Of a stretch of 64,000 nucleotides of DNA, positions 27,326 to 39,790 are shown piece by piece. Made by a program: the position numbers and the translations under genes. A model generated the notes under the pieces. The model worked only from the letters and a program-made list of their open reading frames with translations. It was not told the origin of the DNA and made no database searches. Positions within the stretch are counted from its first letter, which is position 1. Every line of letters starts with the position of its first letter. This DNA comes from Camelus ferus (Eukaryota): positions 59,274,001 through 59,338,000 of the forward strand of contig NC_045697.1 of assembly GCF_009834535.1 (NCBI RefSeq), read 5' to 3'.

Positions 27326-27459
27326 TTTATTATATTATATCTTGACCTGGTAGCAATCCTTCAGGACCAGGTAGATCACGGAGAGTTTGACATACTAGTG
27401 ACTCCTTTGCACGCGTCATTTTCAGAGACTGATTTGTCCACTCTGATTGACCTGAGAGC

Positions 27460-27725
27460 CTCTTTGGAGGACAGTTTGGTAGTTCGTGAAAAAAATTAAA
27501 CATAAAGTTACTGTATGACTCAACCATTCCACCCCTAGTTATATGCTCAAGAGAACTGAGAACAGATCCACACTGAATGTGTCCATACTGATAGTCATAC
27601 CAGTGTGATTCATGACAGTCAAAAAGTGGAAACAATTCAAATGTTTATCAACTAATTTATGGATAAACAAAATGTGGTGTATATATATGGTGGAATTTTA
27701 TTTATTATTTAGCCATAAAAAGAAT
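27460..27725 (+). mobile_element. Old L1M ORF2-end fragment
   Basis: 'tatgactcaaccattccacccctag...tggataaacaaaatgtggtgtatat...agccataaaaaagaat'. Confidence 0.75.
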
Positions 27726-27847
27726 TTAATCATTTTTTCCTGTCATGTTTTCATTTTATTGGACATGGATTTAAAAAACTTGGGAAAAGGTCTAAATTTT
27801 TCCTTTACTTTCTTTTACTGACATTTGGAAATGTTCTTGTACAGATG

Positions 27848-28670
27848 TGTATCAGTTAGGGCTCTTTGGTTGCTAATAGTTGAAACTGACTCATCTAATT
27901 TAAGTAAAAGAGTAGTTTGTTGAAAATACATAGTGAAGCTCACACAATTGACAGGAAAAATCTGAGCAGCCAAATTTTGAAAAGGAGAGAAACTAGGGCA
28001 GCTTCAAGTATCAGAAAAATCTCCCATTCTTTTCTTCAAGGAGGTTCAAAAAAAACTGGTTTTTTTAAACCCCCAAATAAAAGGTCTCACACATTACTGA
28101 GCCTACCTAGTTGTACAGAAACATAGAAACAAAGAGGAAAATCATTATTTTACCACTAAAACAAGTCCAACTGTCCAGATAGTGGTGACCTTTTAGCTGG
28201 TTAAGGTGAGATGCTAGTGACCTTGATACAACATCAACATGTGGGCCATCTCATATGCAGTTCCTTATAGACACAACTTGGTTCTTCTCCAGCATCTCCT
28301 CTTGTCACTGTAGTGATTTTGTTACTAGTCTTCATCTGAATCCACTGGGGAATGGGATTGTTCTGCTTTTGTTTTGTCCAGCAATCTCTTGATCCTGAAA
28401 GTCTTGAGAGAAGACATGGTGAAGAATGGAATCAACCACATACACCTTGATGAAGGAAAGAAGGGGCAACTTCAGCTGTTTTTTAACTTATGTCATTCTG
28501 CTCAAGACACAAACACTCAGGAGAGATTCTGACTGATCTAGTTTAGGTCATATGACAGTCTTTGGCCAAGGGAGTTTGACTGTCCTACCTAAATTGCATG
28601 AAAGAAGGTGGGGTAGTTTCTCAAAAGACATTCAGGGAGCTCTACCCCAGGAAGGTGTCAGGTGACAAAA
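27848..28670 (-). mobile_element. Old MaLR LTR (MLT1K-like) split by the RPL39 retrocopy
   Basis: Starts 'tgtatcagttagggctctttggttgc'. LTR-like sequence resumes after ~28490 ('gagagattctgactgatctagtttaggtcatatg'). Confidence 0.55.
28060..28466 (-). pseudogene. RPL39: Processed pseudogene of ribosomal protein L39 (eL39); CDS remnant 28417..28265
   Basis: Intronless. ATG TCT TCT CTC AAG ACT TTC AGG ATC AAG gives MSSLKTFRIK, then ...PIPQWIQMKT..., then ...KRRCWRRTKLCL-TAA. A 2-bp and a 1-bp deletion give 153 nt versus 156 nt. It has a pyrimidine-rich 5' leader, an RPL39-like 3'UTR ('ggaactgcatatgagatggc', 'gtcaccactatctgga') and an A-run remnant at 28060-28066. Confidence 0.93.
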
Positions 28671-29569
28671 TTGCCTCTGAACTGGCATCATTCCATGTAC
28701 ATGTTATATCATTTCCAAGCTCACCAAACACCAGCAGAAACCACTAATAAGAAGTCATCAGAAAAGGTGCAGTTTCACCAGATGGGGAAATAAATTATAT
28801 CTCTTAATTTCACTTTAGTTTATTAACTGTCCACAATTGGACAGGAAACTTACCATTCTCTAAAATTTAGGGAAGTGTGGAGCAGACAATTTTAGTGTAA
28901 TTGGTTCAGATGGGAGAGAGTCCTCCTCTGGGTTATAAAAAATAAAACAAAATAAAGCAAAGCATATTGCTTAGAGCACTAAAGCAATATAGTAATTGCT
29001 TAAAAAAGGTATTTTGCAACCATTTAGCTCATATATAATTTGGTATACTATTACTGTTTACCCACATACACAGGGAATTTTGCTCTGCTACCAGGTAGTG
29101 ACACTGCTTCATTAAAGCGGCAGGAGCCAAGACATTCTTACTTTGTCATTTTTTTCTTTAATGATATTGCAAAAATGATCATGTTTTTAGAGCTCATGAG
29201 TTCATAGATAATAGGCTATTACTTTTAAAAATTCATGTATGTTCTGATGGAGACCAGGACTTTTTGGATGTAAAAAAATTCAAATATTATAATTATTTTT
29301 GCATATCTTGCTTTTATCCATGCACTTAATTTATCCTTATCTACATTTTCATTGTTTTCTTAACAGTTATTCAGAAAACTCTAGGAAATGACTATTTCCT
29401 AAAGTACACATATTAGCAGTGCTGAGAATTGGTAAAATTTACTTTATAGGGTCCACAATTTATTATATATTTTCTTTTATAGTTTATTTCTTCATGAAAG
29501 CTTCTTGAGGACAGCAAAAATTTATATAATTCTCTAATATCTAAAAGCATTTTAAATGATAATAGTTAT

Positions 29570-29730
29570 AAATAACTATGTGAAATGTCTTATATATTCA
29601 TCCTATGAGGTAGGCAATATTGTCACCTCTGGTTATAGATGAGGAATTTGGGGCTTAGAAAGGCTGCTTATATTACACATGCATAGAAGTGTAAATTTCA
29701 AATATAGGAAGTTTGACTCCAGGGCCTTAA
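29570..29730 (-). mobile_element. MIR SINE
   Basis: 'cctatgaggtagg...tatagatgaggaa...tttgactccagggcc'. Confidence 0.7.
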
Positions 29731-30247
29731 TGTTTTTTAAATTATAAAGACTTCTGCTTTAACTTGATCCTAAACATATATTAGATACTTCATAAGTACC
29801 TGTTGAGTTGAATGGAATGACTTTATATCCTCATCAATTAGAATATTTGTTAACTCAACAATTTCCATCACTCTGGATAAAGAAGAATTGCAAGCTCTGT
29901 GGATTCCTTTAATGATAAAACGTGCTTATTTATCTACATCAGTCAATATTCTGTTAAAAGGAAAGTTCCCTTTCATGAGAAGAGCAGGAGCCAGTAGCAA
30001 TGGTATTTCAGTAATATTTTAGAAGGAAGCATTTATCACTGAAAAAATGAATACTTTCTCATTAGGAACTGCAGAAACCATACCATATTCCCTAGACACA
30101 GCAGGTGGTTCCCAGAGACACTGACAGTCAGTAAGCTTCAAGAAGAGCAAATAGCAGCCAGTCTCCCAAGTCTGAGTGTCTCTCAGCAATGGAAATGGAA
30201 GCAGTTACTTCAAGTACATATGGGGTAAAACAAAATCCAGTACTTAC

Positions 30248-30274
30248 CAGTTTTCCAGGCTCCTGGGTCTTCAC
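30248..30274 (-). other. Candidate 27-nt microexon (host gene unidentified)
   Basis: tgtttgtttttcattgtcgcag|GTGAAGACCCAGGAGCCTGGAAAACTG|gtaagt. About 59 nt upstream are free of AG, with an upstream YCAY cluster. Confidence 0.5.
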
Positions 30275-30832
30275 CTGCGACAATGAAAAACAAACACCAT
30301 TCACAAATGAGTGTGAAGAAAGAGCAGCAGTGAAACTGAAGAGGAGGTGAAAAAATGAATTGTTTTGGGAGAGTGAATGTGAGGTGAACACAGGTCCTTG
30401 GAGTGATGTGCTTTGAAAGAAGTATTTGAAACCATGTTCACAGGTTAAAAAAGAAATACCAGTAACCAAATAGAAAGTCCACTAATAGTAGGATACAAAT
30501 GTAAAGTTTTATATTATCTCTTATTAAATGACCTCATGTTATTTTCTGTTATACTTACAGACGAAATGTTTTGCCATCAAAGGAGCATCACACATTGACA
30601 GCTTGCACTGTATTTCCTAGACTCTACTTTTGAAGTAGTGTGCTGGAGTTAGGATGCATTATGTTTCCCAATGTCTCCCTAGCGTTAACTAAATCTGCAT
30701 TTCTTGCTATTGTTCCATTTGTAGATATTTCAGGCATCAAACATAGCTTCTAGAATCCTAAATTGGATTAAATTTAACTATATACCATTTGAGAAGTTTC
30801 TTTTAAACATTGTAATTCATGTTAATTGAGGT

Positions 30833-31330
30833 TGTTTAAAGATGGCAGGGTCGGTTAAGGAGAAAGAAACCATACCAGTAATTTGAAAAGCATTAATAAG
30901 TTATGAAGTGGGACTAACTGCTAAGAGGGAGTAAAGAGAACCCTAGAGAATATTGGGATAGTATATTTAGGTTTGAGGGAGTATAATTAAGGAAGGAATA
31001 AACTTGAAAGAGATACAGTACACAATAGGGCTGAGACGCAGTCTTTACAGGGAGTATGCAGCTGTGGAACACTGGATGAAGGAGGTTTGCTGAGGTGTCA
31101 CAGACTATGGCTGGTGAGAAGAAAACACCCATTGGAGTTCCAGGGAAATTCTCTAGGTAGCTGTCCATTTTGATTCTGCAAAATGTGCTAGGAAGCAACG
31201 TGCTATGTTGGTGATGGAATTACCTAGAAAGTGTCAGGATGCTGTGTACTGGGGTGCTGATAAGACTTTCTAGGAAGATGTTGCTGGGATGCTGATGAGA
31301 AGAGGTTAAAGTTCATCCAAGTTAGAGGGT
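30833..31330. mobile_element. Old ERV LTR (LTR78-like)
   Basis: 'ggcagggtc...ggagaaagaaaccataccagtaatttgaa' resembles an LTR78-type terminus. Confidence 0.45.
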
Positions 31331-31379
31331 CTCAGTGGAAACCTCAGGTTTCCCATTGAATCCCAAGTAGGTTATCAGA

Positions 31380-34300
31380 AACCCACAGATAACTCAGATG
31401 TTGCAATAGCTGATCCAGCACTTCCCAATTTGTGATTACACATAAGTGAATAGAAAATACTACAGAAAACAACAGTCTTACCAGGATGAAATGACACAAG
31501 TTGAAGTTTGGATCTACCAGATGACTGGAGATTGAAAATGAAGAATTACTGTGACTTCTTTCCTTTCTATTTTATAACAGTTAAGAAAGTATACCATCTG
31601 TGGCAGTTATCAAAAGAAGCCCTGAATTATGATACTGGAACTGGACCTAACAAACATTTTTTTCTTTACCAGATGACATAAGGTTAGACACTGTCAACAA
31701 AGGGTTCTGGTAGGACACTGTAGAAAGAAAGTCATCTTTTATGGATCCTTATGGTTTTATTTTTGCTCTTACAGTGCTGCAGCCAGTAAGTAGTTTACTA
31801 TGGGTAACCCAGTGACACATATGTAAGCTCAGGATGGAGCTATGTCCTAGGATTAAGGGAAAAAGAAAAATAGAACCACTGTAACAAAGACTAAAACTAA
31901 GCTTCCATAAAATCAATGTAATAACCTGGTAATTTGACTGCCTGTCAGAAAAAAAGCTGATATAATTATAGGAAGGTAACATACTCCAAAGTTTCTACAA
32001 TATATATGGTGCACTCAATTGAAAATTACTACACATGCAAAAAAGTGGTTAAATCTCACCATAATCAAGAGGAAAAAAGTCAGTAGAAGTAGACTCAAAG
32101 ATGACTCAGATGTTGCAATTAACTGACAAGGACTTCAAAACAGTTATTATAAATATTTTGAATAATACAGAAAGAGAGAGAATTGGTAAGCTAATGCAGG
32201 ATATTATCAGACCATCCAGACTATAACAAAAAACAAGTAGAAATTTTAGAACTAAAAAATTACATCTGAAATAAAAAGTTTATTATATAGGATTTTGAGG
32301 AGATTGAACATTGCAAAAGAAAGAATAAGTAAACTTGAATTACAGTGTTATATAACACATGTATAATATTTTATATAAATTAAATATACATGTATATATT
32401 AAAACACATATGATATAAATTAATAAATAGTATTAAATTATGTAAATTCAAACACACAGAAAATATTTATTGAAAGATAACAAACTGTGCCTGTGTAGCC
32501 AGTGGAACAGTAACACATGGTCAAATGCATATGTAGTCAGTATTCCAGAGAGGAAAGAGGCAAGAGGCAGAAAAAGCAATTTTAAGTGGCTGACTGTTTT
32601 ACAGATTTGAAGAATAACAACACACAATTCAAGAAGCTCAATCAAATTCAAGTAGGATAAGTACAAAAATGATACATATAGGAATGTCAAATTTAGACAG
32701 CTGAAGACCAAAGATACAGAGAAACACTTGAAAGTAGCCAGAGGAATAAAGGACATGTAATAAGATGTACTGGAACTTTACATCGTCATCTTTCAGAAGT
32801 GAGGACAAAATGACAACATTTCAGATAAACAATATTTGTGAATTAGAAACACATTCTAAAGAATGTAACAGAACTTTTTATCAATCTGAAAAGAAAAATA
32901 TCAGGAAGAAAAATTGAATCTAGAGAAAAGAATTAACTTTATTGGATAAGGTAAATATTTAGATAAATGTAAAAACATTCTTCATATATAGATAGATTCT
33001 TCAAAATACAGTTGACTAAAGCAAAAATAATAAAGTGTTGTGGGATTATAACATGTAGAAGTAAAATGTTTGAAACTATGAGCCAAAGGATGGGAGAGGG
33101 AAATGGAAATATAATATAAGTTACACTATATACCTCAAGAGGTATAGTATTATTTAAAGGTAGAATATTATAAATTTTATTTATTGCAAATAAATACAAA
33201 TATTTATTATATATTGTAATTACAATATATAAGGACATTTATATAATATTTCAATTATAATATATAAAATATACTTGCAATTATATATAATATATATTGC
33301 AATTTCAAATATACATATTTACGTACCTATGTATTTGCAAGCCCTTGAACATCACTAAAAACAAAGCAAAGCAAAACAAAACACAAAAAGGTTTCACTAG
33401 TAAGAAAATAGTGGAGATAAAATGAAACTTATATCCTCAATTTATTTAAAGGAAGGTAGAACACAAAGGAAAAAAGAAGTTCAGTTGAAGTGAATAGAAA
33501 ATAAATATCATGACGGTGAATTGAAATCCACTCATATTAATAATTACATTATCTGTATAGATCTATAAATCCAATTAAGAAGCAGAAATTGTCAGATTGG
33601 ATACAAAAAGCAAAATCCAATTGCTGCTTACAAGAAACTCACTTTACATACAAAGGCACAGATTGAATGAAAAGGAAGAGATTGAATGAAAGTAAATGAC
33701 AGAAAAGGATATACATAAAGAATCTGGACTGTTCCTGTTAGTTTTGGACAAAGTAGATCAGGAGAAGAAATAGTACCATGGATAAAGGGGAAAATTTTGT
33801 ATGATAAAGAAAGTTATTTAAGAAAACAATCCTAAATAAATATGCATAGAAATATGATTTCTTTAAAATATTTTATGAACTACTTGTACACTTAAAATGC
33901 AAAGTATTGTTGAAAGAAATTAAAGAAAACCTAACTAAACAAAGAGATATTCCACATTCATGGACTGTAAAACTCAATATTATAAACATATAAATTTTCT
34001 GAAAATTGACCTATGAAGCAGTCTATTCAAAGTTCAAGCAAACTTTCTTCTAGAAATTAACAGGTTGATGATAAAATTCATATGGCAATGCAAATGATCT
34101 ACACTTCGCAAAATAATTTTTGAAGAGAACAAAGTTGGAGGACATAGACTACATAATTCTAAGATTAATCCTAAAATGGTATTAATGTAGGCTTTTGGTG
34201 TTGGTGTAAGTATACCATAGATCAGTGGAAAGGCACATATATCGTTAATTGATTTTTGTGCCAAATCAATTGAATAAAGAAGAATCATATTTTCTCAAAA

Positions 34301-37190
34301 TCTTTATTTTAATGAAAGACTCTAGACACAAGAAATTCTATACTATATGATACCATTTACAGAATTCTGGAAAAAGTTGAAAATACAGTGGCACAAAGCA
34401 GACAAGTCAGTGACTGTCAGTGAGAGCAGAGGTTTGACTGAAGCAAGAAAGGAGCACAAGATAACTAAGGTAACTTTTGAGGATCGTGGAAATGTTCTAT
34501 ATCATGATTCTGATGGCTTTTACATGACTGTACATATTGATCAAGCTAACTGAATTGTACACTAATGTTGATTTTTAAAAGGTAAGTTTTATCTCATTAG
34601 AATTATATTCATATAATGTGATTAACCACATTTACAGAATAATGGGCATAAATCATATGACTACTGGAGTGGATGAAAAAGAAAAAGTGAAACTAAAACA
34701 TAACAGATTTGATAAAATTCATTATTCAATCATAATGAAAATTCTCAGTATTTTAGGACTAGAAAAGAATGTCTTAAATCTGATAAAAAGCATATACAAT
34801 CTTCAGTTAACATTATTCTTAATGGTGAAATTTTGAGTGCATTTTCCTTAAGATCAGGAAAAAAGCAAGGATATCTGCTTTCACCATTGTATTCAGCATT
34901 GTTTTGAAAGTCTTACGAGTGCAATAATTTTTAAAAAATGAAGAGCATAAAGGTTGGTTGTAGCATCTCCTCATTATATGAAATCAATTTATTAAAAAAA
35001 ACTCCATTTCTGTATACTAGCAATAGTACATTGCTACATTATGTAGTGCTGCACAGTACTACAGTATGTTACTGAGAAAAAGTAAAGAATAAGTAAATAA
35101 ATGGAGAGATATGTCATGTTTGCTATTGGAAGACTCAATGTATAAGATGTAAATTCACTTCAGATTTAGCTATAGATTCAGTGATAACCCTATCATACTA
35201 CTAGTAAATGATTTTCTTTAGAGAATGATAAGCTTGATACTAATATGTATAGGGGAATGCAAAGGCCTCAGAAGAAACAAAATGACCTTGAAAAAAGCAA
35301 AGTGAAAATACTTACATAGTTTTTAGACATTGTAAAGCTGCAATAATCAGAAGAGTGTAATATTGACGTTAGTACAGAAAAATAGGTCAATATAATATAA
35401 GTACAGAAATAGATCCACAATATATGACCAAGTTATTTTAAACAAATGTGCCTATATAATCCAAAGGGGAAAGGAAAGGCTTTGAGACAAATGCTTTTGA
35501 AACAACAGGGTAACTACAGAAAAAGAAAAATTACTCTTTTCAATAATATTCCTCCAAATTAATTCAAGATGAAACACACAACTACTCATGTTAAACTAAG
35601 ACTTTAAAAAGTTTTAGATCTTAGATTAGATAAATATTTCTTATACAAAAAAAAAAAAAATAAATACACTTAATCAAAATTAGAAACTTTTCCTAATCAA
35701 AGGACACCTTTACTGAAAAAGAACAAACTGAATAATAGGGAAACATTCACAGTACATATATCTGACAGAGAACTTTCATGAGTGACGAGAACTTCTACAA
35801 ATCAATAATAAAAAGAAAAACATCAATAAAATAATGGGAAAAAAGACGTGGCAGATCATTACAAAAAAAGTATAAAAATGGCCAATAAGCTGTAAAAAGA
35901 TGCTTAAAATAATTTGTCATCAGGGAATTACTAAAATAAAGCACAAAGACATAACACTTCACAATTGTTCTAGATTGTTAAAATGTAAAGGTAACAGCAG
36001 CAAATGTCTGTGAGGGTATGGAGCTTGTATATAATAAGCTGGAATGCTTACATATTTCTGGGGCCTGTAAAATTGTACAACTACTTTAGAAACCTATGTG
36101 ACAGTTTCTTATGAAGTTAAACACACCCTACTCTATGACTCAACAATTTCATTGTTTATATCCAGGAGAATGATAGCAAGTGTCCTCAAAAGAATGTAGA
36201 CAGAAGTGTTTATGGAAGCTTTATTCTTTACAAGTCTTAGAATTAAAAGAACCCAAATGTCCTTCAACAAAAGAGTGAATAAACAATTTAAATCTATCAC
36301 ACAAAAGAGTAGTTCTTTACAATAAAAAAGAAGGAAGTCTGATTCTAGACTGGTTTCTATAGAGGAGAGAAAGTTCACACAGAGGACCTACTTGAGGCCA
36401 CTGACAGTATTAGAATATAGGATAATTTATTAAAGAATCTGATTGTTGTTAAATTTATTGAATATAATATATAATGTGATTTTTGTGTAAGAATATCTAT
36501 TTTTAGGTAGCCCACCTAATATATATGGATAAATAGCCATGATGCATGTAACTTTTCGAATGTTTGAGAAATTTTTTATATATTGGGTAAAATGTATATA
36601 TGGAGATACTTATATAGTTGCATATATATATGTATATATATGGATGTATGTATGTATATGTGTAAATATATATATATATACACACACAAAAAGCACACAC
36701 AAATGTTAAAATAAATCGTGAAATCCTATCAAGTAAATCTAGCAAAGAGGCATATGTTTTTTTTGTGTGTTATTACTTTAATTCTTGTAAATTTTTTATC
36801 AATATGAAATTACTTCCAAATAAAAGATTAACTGTTTTGGGGGAAAAAATGAACTACTGAAAAAGACAAAGATGAATGTCAAAATACTATTTTGAGTGAA
36901 AGAAGCTGAAGACAAATGTGTACTTACTATGATTCCGTTTCGATAGTGTTCTACAGTGGATAAAGCAAATCTATAACGTTAGAAATCAGAACTATGGTTG
37001 CCTGGGCAGGGAGTAGAGGGATGTTTTTATTAATTGACTAGAAAGGAAACAAGTGAGCATTCAGAGATGAAGGGAATGCTCTATAGTTTGATTTTGTTGT
37101 TAAGTCGCATGGTTTATATACATATATACTCATGGAGCTGTATTAGGAGCTGTGCATTTTACTGTATGTAGGAGATATTTCAGTAAAATT
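31380..37190 (+). mobile_element. Heavily degraded old L1M (ORF1, ORF2 and 3' fragments)
   Basis: A-rich plus strand with L1 motifs such as 'tacaagaaactcactttaca', 'gatcaggaaaaaagcaaggatatctgc' and 'ggaagactcaat'. No open ORF; probably several fragments. Confidence 0.85.
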
Positions 37191-37409
37191 AGATAATTAT
37201 AAAAATTCATTCCAGCAGGCAACATAGATAAGCAAAATTCAGGTTTCCTTTTGGCTCTCATTGAAGGGTCTGTTTTGAAAATTTGCTTTCTGGGCCTAAT
37301 ATTAACCTCATTTTCCAGCATCGACTGTGACTAGTTATTTTATTGTTTTATACTTTATTTTATTCATCAGTAGAATATATAATTCACAAAATACGACTAG
37401 GTTTCTAAG

Positions 37410-37587
37410 AGTGTGCTGGTAAATTAAAAACCTGCATTTTGAAAAGAAAAAAAAAAAGAATAAAAGAAGTCTCCTTGCAAACACTTCTGCAATGGCCAAT
37501 TTTAACCACCAACATGATGTCACTAAAGAAGCAGAATTAGGGAGAGATAGTTAATACCAGCAGTGGTGGTGGCTTCAGCACATCACT
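37410..37587. mobile_element. MER63-like hAT DNA transposon
   Basis: 'gtgtgctggtaaat...atggccaattttaaccaccaacatgatgtcact...cagcacatcactg'. Confidence 0.65.
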
Positions 37588-38659
37588 GCCTTTTTCTGTA
37601 TACATTTCATGTCTACCTATGTAAGGAACGCTTTTCACAGTGCACAGCAAGATCTGAAACAATAAGCAGATCACTACTGCCTACCTGCTGTTTGGCAGTT
37701 TGGATACTCTTGGTTACTGGTGATCACCTATCCTATTTTGATTCTTTTCTTTTCTAGTGACTTTTCTTTCTTAGCTGAATTTTCAGCTTCTTTACCTTTG
37801 TAAAGCTTGTAGCTGACATCTAAGGAAAGACCGTTTAGGTCCATGACTAGCTGAATAAGCATTGGATACTGCTGATGGTGATTATCTTTTACCTGGTGGC
37901 ATTCGGAGATGTTTGCAGACACTGACATTGTCAGAATACTTATCCTTTACTGCAGGTATTGCCCTGAAAAATCTTGATTTTGTGTCATCTCTGATTAAGG
38001 AGGGCCTGTCCTCTTCTCCTCAGCTCATGAGGGTGTTCTTTCAGGTTTCAAACCTGGAGCTTCTTTGAAAAACGTATGAAAAATACAGCTGCTTTCCCCA
38101 TCTCTTCTCCTCTTCCTTTTCTCTAGGGTGTTTCCACTAAATTAAAGAAATATAGGCACTGATCTTAAGTCAGTGAAAAGATTCAGAATTTTTGAAGAAG
38201 TTGTTTTCAATATATGTTGACAGACAAACCCTAAAGGCATTTATGATTGTAAACAAGAATTTTGCCAGTTGGTTATCTGATTGGCAGCTTAACTTTATAC
38301 TCCCTTCCCTATTGTAGGTTTTTTTTTTTTTTTAAAAAACCCACCAATTCTAAAAAGCTCATTAAGTTCCTGCTAACATTTCCCATGTGCAGTTTTTTGG
38401 GTTTTTTTTTTTGAGGAAGTATGTTTCTCCCCTACTATCTAGACTGGCCATTATATCTGCACTGTTCTACAATATTGTAGGAAAAAAACTAATCTGTTTC
38501 ATGATGTCTACAAATATTCTTTCTCACTCTAGTTTTTTTTTTAAAAAACAATTAGTATAGTTTATTTTAATTTTGATTGTTGCATTTTTAGCATTTTATA
38601 GTTGTATGATTGTGACTCAGATGACAAAACAATACATGGCAAAATAACTCCTTAAATTT

Positions 38660-39025
38660 ATTCTAGGGAAAAATTGCAGACTTAAGTTTATGAAAGTTCA
38701 TCTCAGCATTATTTACATGTGTGAAAATTCCAACTACTAAATGCAAAACATAATGGTAAACTACATAAAATGATTCATATTTTATGAAATAAACTGCAGA
38801 CATAAGAAGAAGGATATAGAAGAATAAAAACATGGGGGTATTATTGATATGTTAGGTCAGATTATAAATAATTATGTAGGTTATGATGTCACTTTTATTT
38901 AAAATACATCAAAAATCATTATCAGTAATCCTCATTAGGTGGTAAGATGGTGGTAGGATTCATTTTTTGTGTGTGATTTTTTATACTGTCTAAAATTTTC
39001 AACACCAACATATTTTTATACTAAG
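38660..39025 (+). mobile_element. Old L1ME-like 3' fragment
   Basis: 'gttcatctcagcattatttac...caactactaaatg' motifs. Confidence 0.55.
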
Positions 39026-39204
39026 AAACTTAAGTAGATTAAATAATTGTGTGCCAGGACAGTAGAACCTAAAAACAAATGTAATTATCTGAGCTTTTGC
39101 TTCTCTTTCTTAAATCTATAAGCGTTCAGGCTCTTGGATGCCATTACTGCTATGCCTGTAAGAGTTTCCCTCCCTCCCTTCTTTTCTCCCTCCTCTCCTT
39201 TCAT

Positions 39205-39790
39205 CTTTTAATCATTCCTTTCTTAAATACTTTATTGAGTTTCTACCACATTCTAAGCACTGGGAATGCAGACAAGGTCTCTGCCTACATTCTCCTGGAG
39301 GAGAAAGATAACATACCTTAACTATTAAGCAAATAAGAGAATTGCAGGTAGTGACAAGTGGTTAAAAATAAAATAAAACAAGGTGATGGGTTAGTGACTA
39401 GCAGAGGGGCTTGGGGATATGTGAGGGTGCCTTAGCGTGGGTGGTCAGGGGAGTGCTCTCAGAAGAGCTGACATTTGATCTGTTTTGAACCAAGAAAAGA
39501 TTTGGAGGAAAACAGTTCCAGGTACAGGTGTTATGTGAGTAGGAGGGAAGAATGGTTCAAGATGGGCTGGAGCAGTAGGAACTGGGTAGCTCATGTGGGA
39601 CCTTAGATTTTGTTCTTAATGCAATGGGAAGTTCTTGAAGGATTTCAGTTAAGAGTATCAGGTGGTACAATGCAAGCTTTTAAAGACTACACACTGGCTA
39701 TTGTATGGAGAATGGCTGGATGCCAGTGGGCAATCATAACTCAGGGCTACAGTTAAGATGTTACTGCAGTGATTTAAATAGAAAAGGGCT
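39205..39790 (-). mobile_element. L2 LINE fragment
   Basis: 'aaatactttattgag...agcactgggaatgcagacaaggtctctgcc...gtggtcaggg...gcaatgggaag'. Confidence 0.8.
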
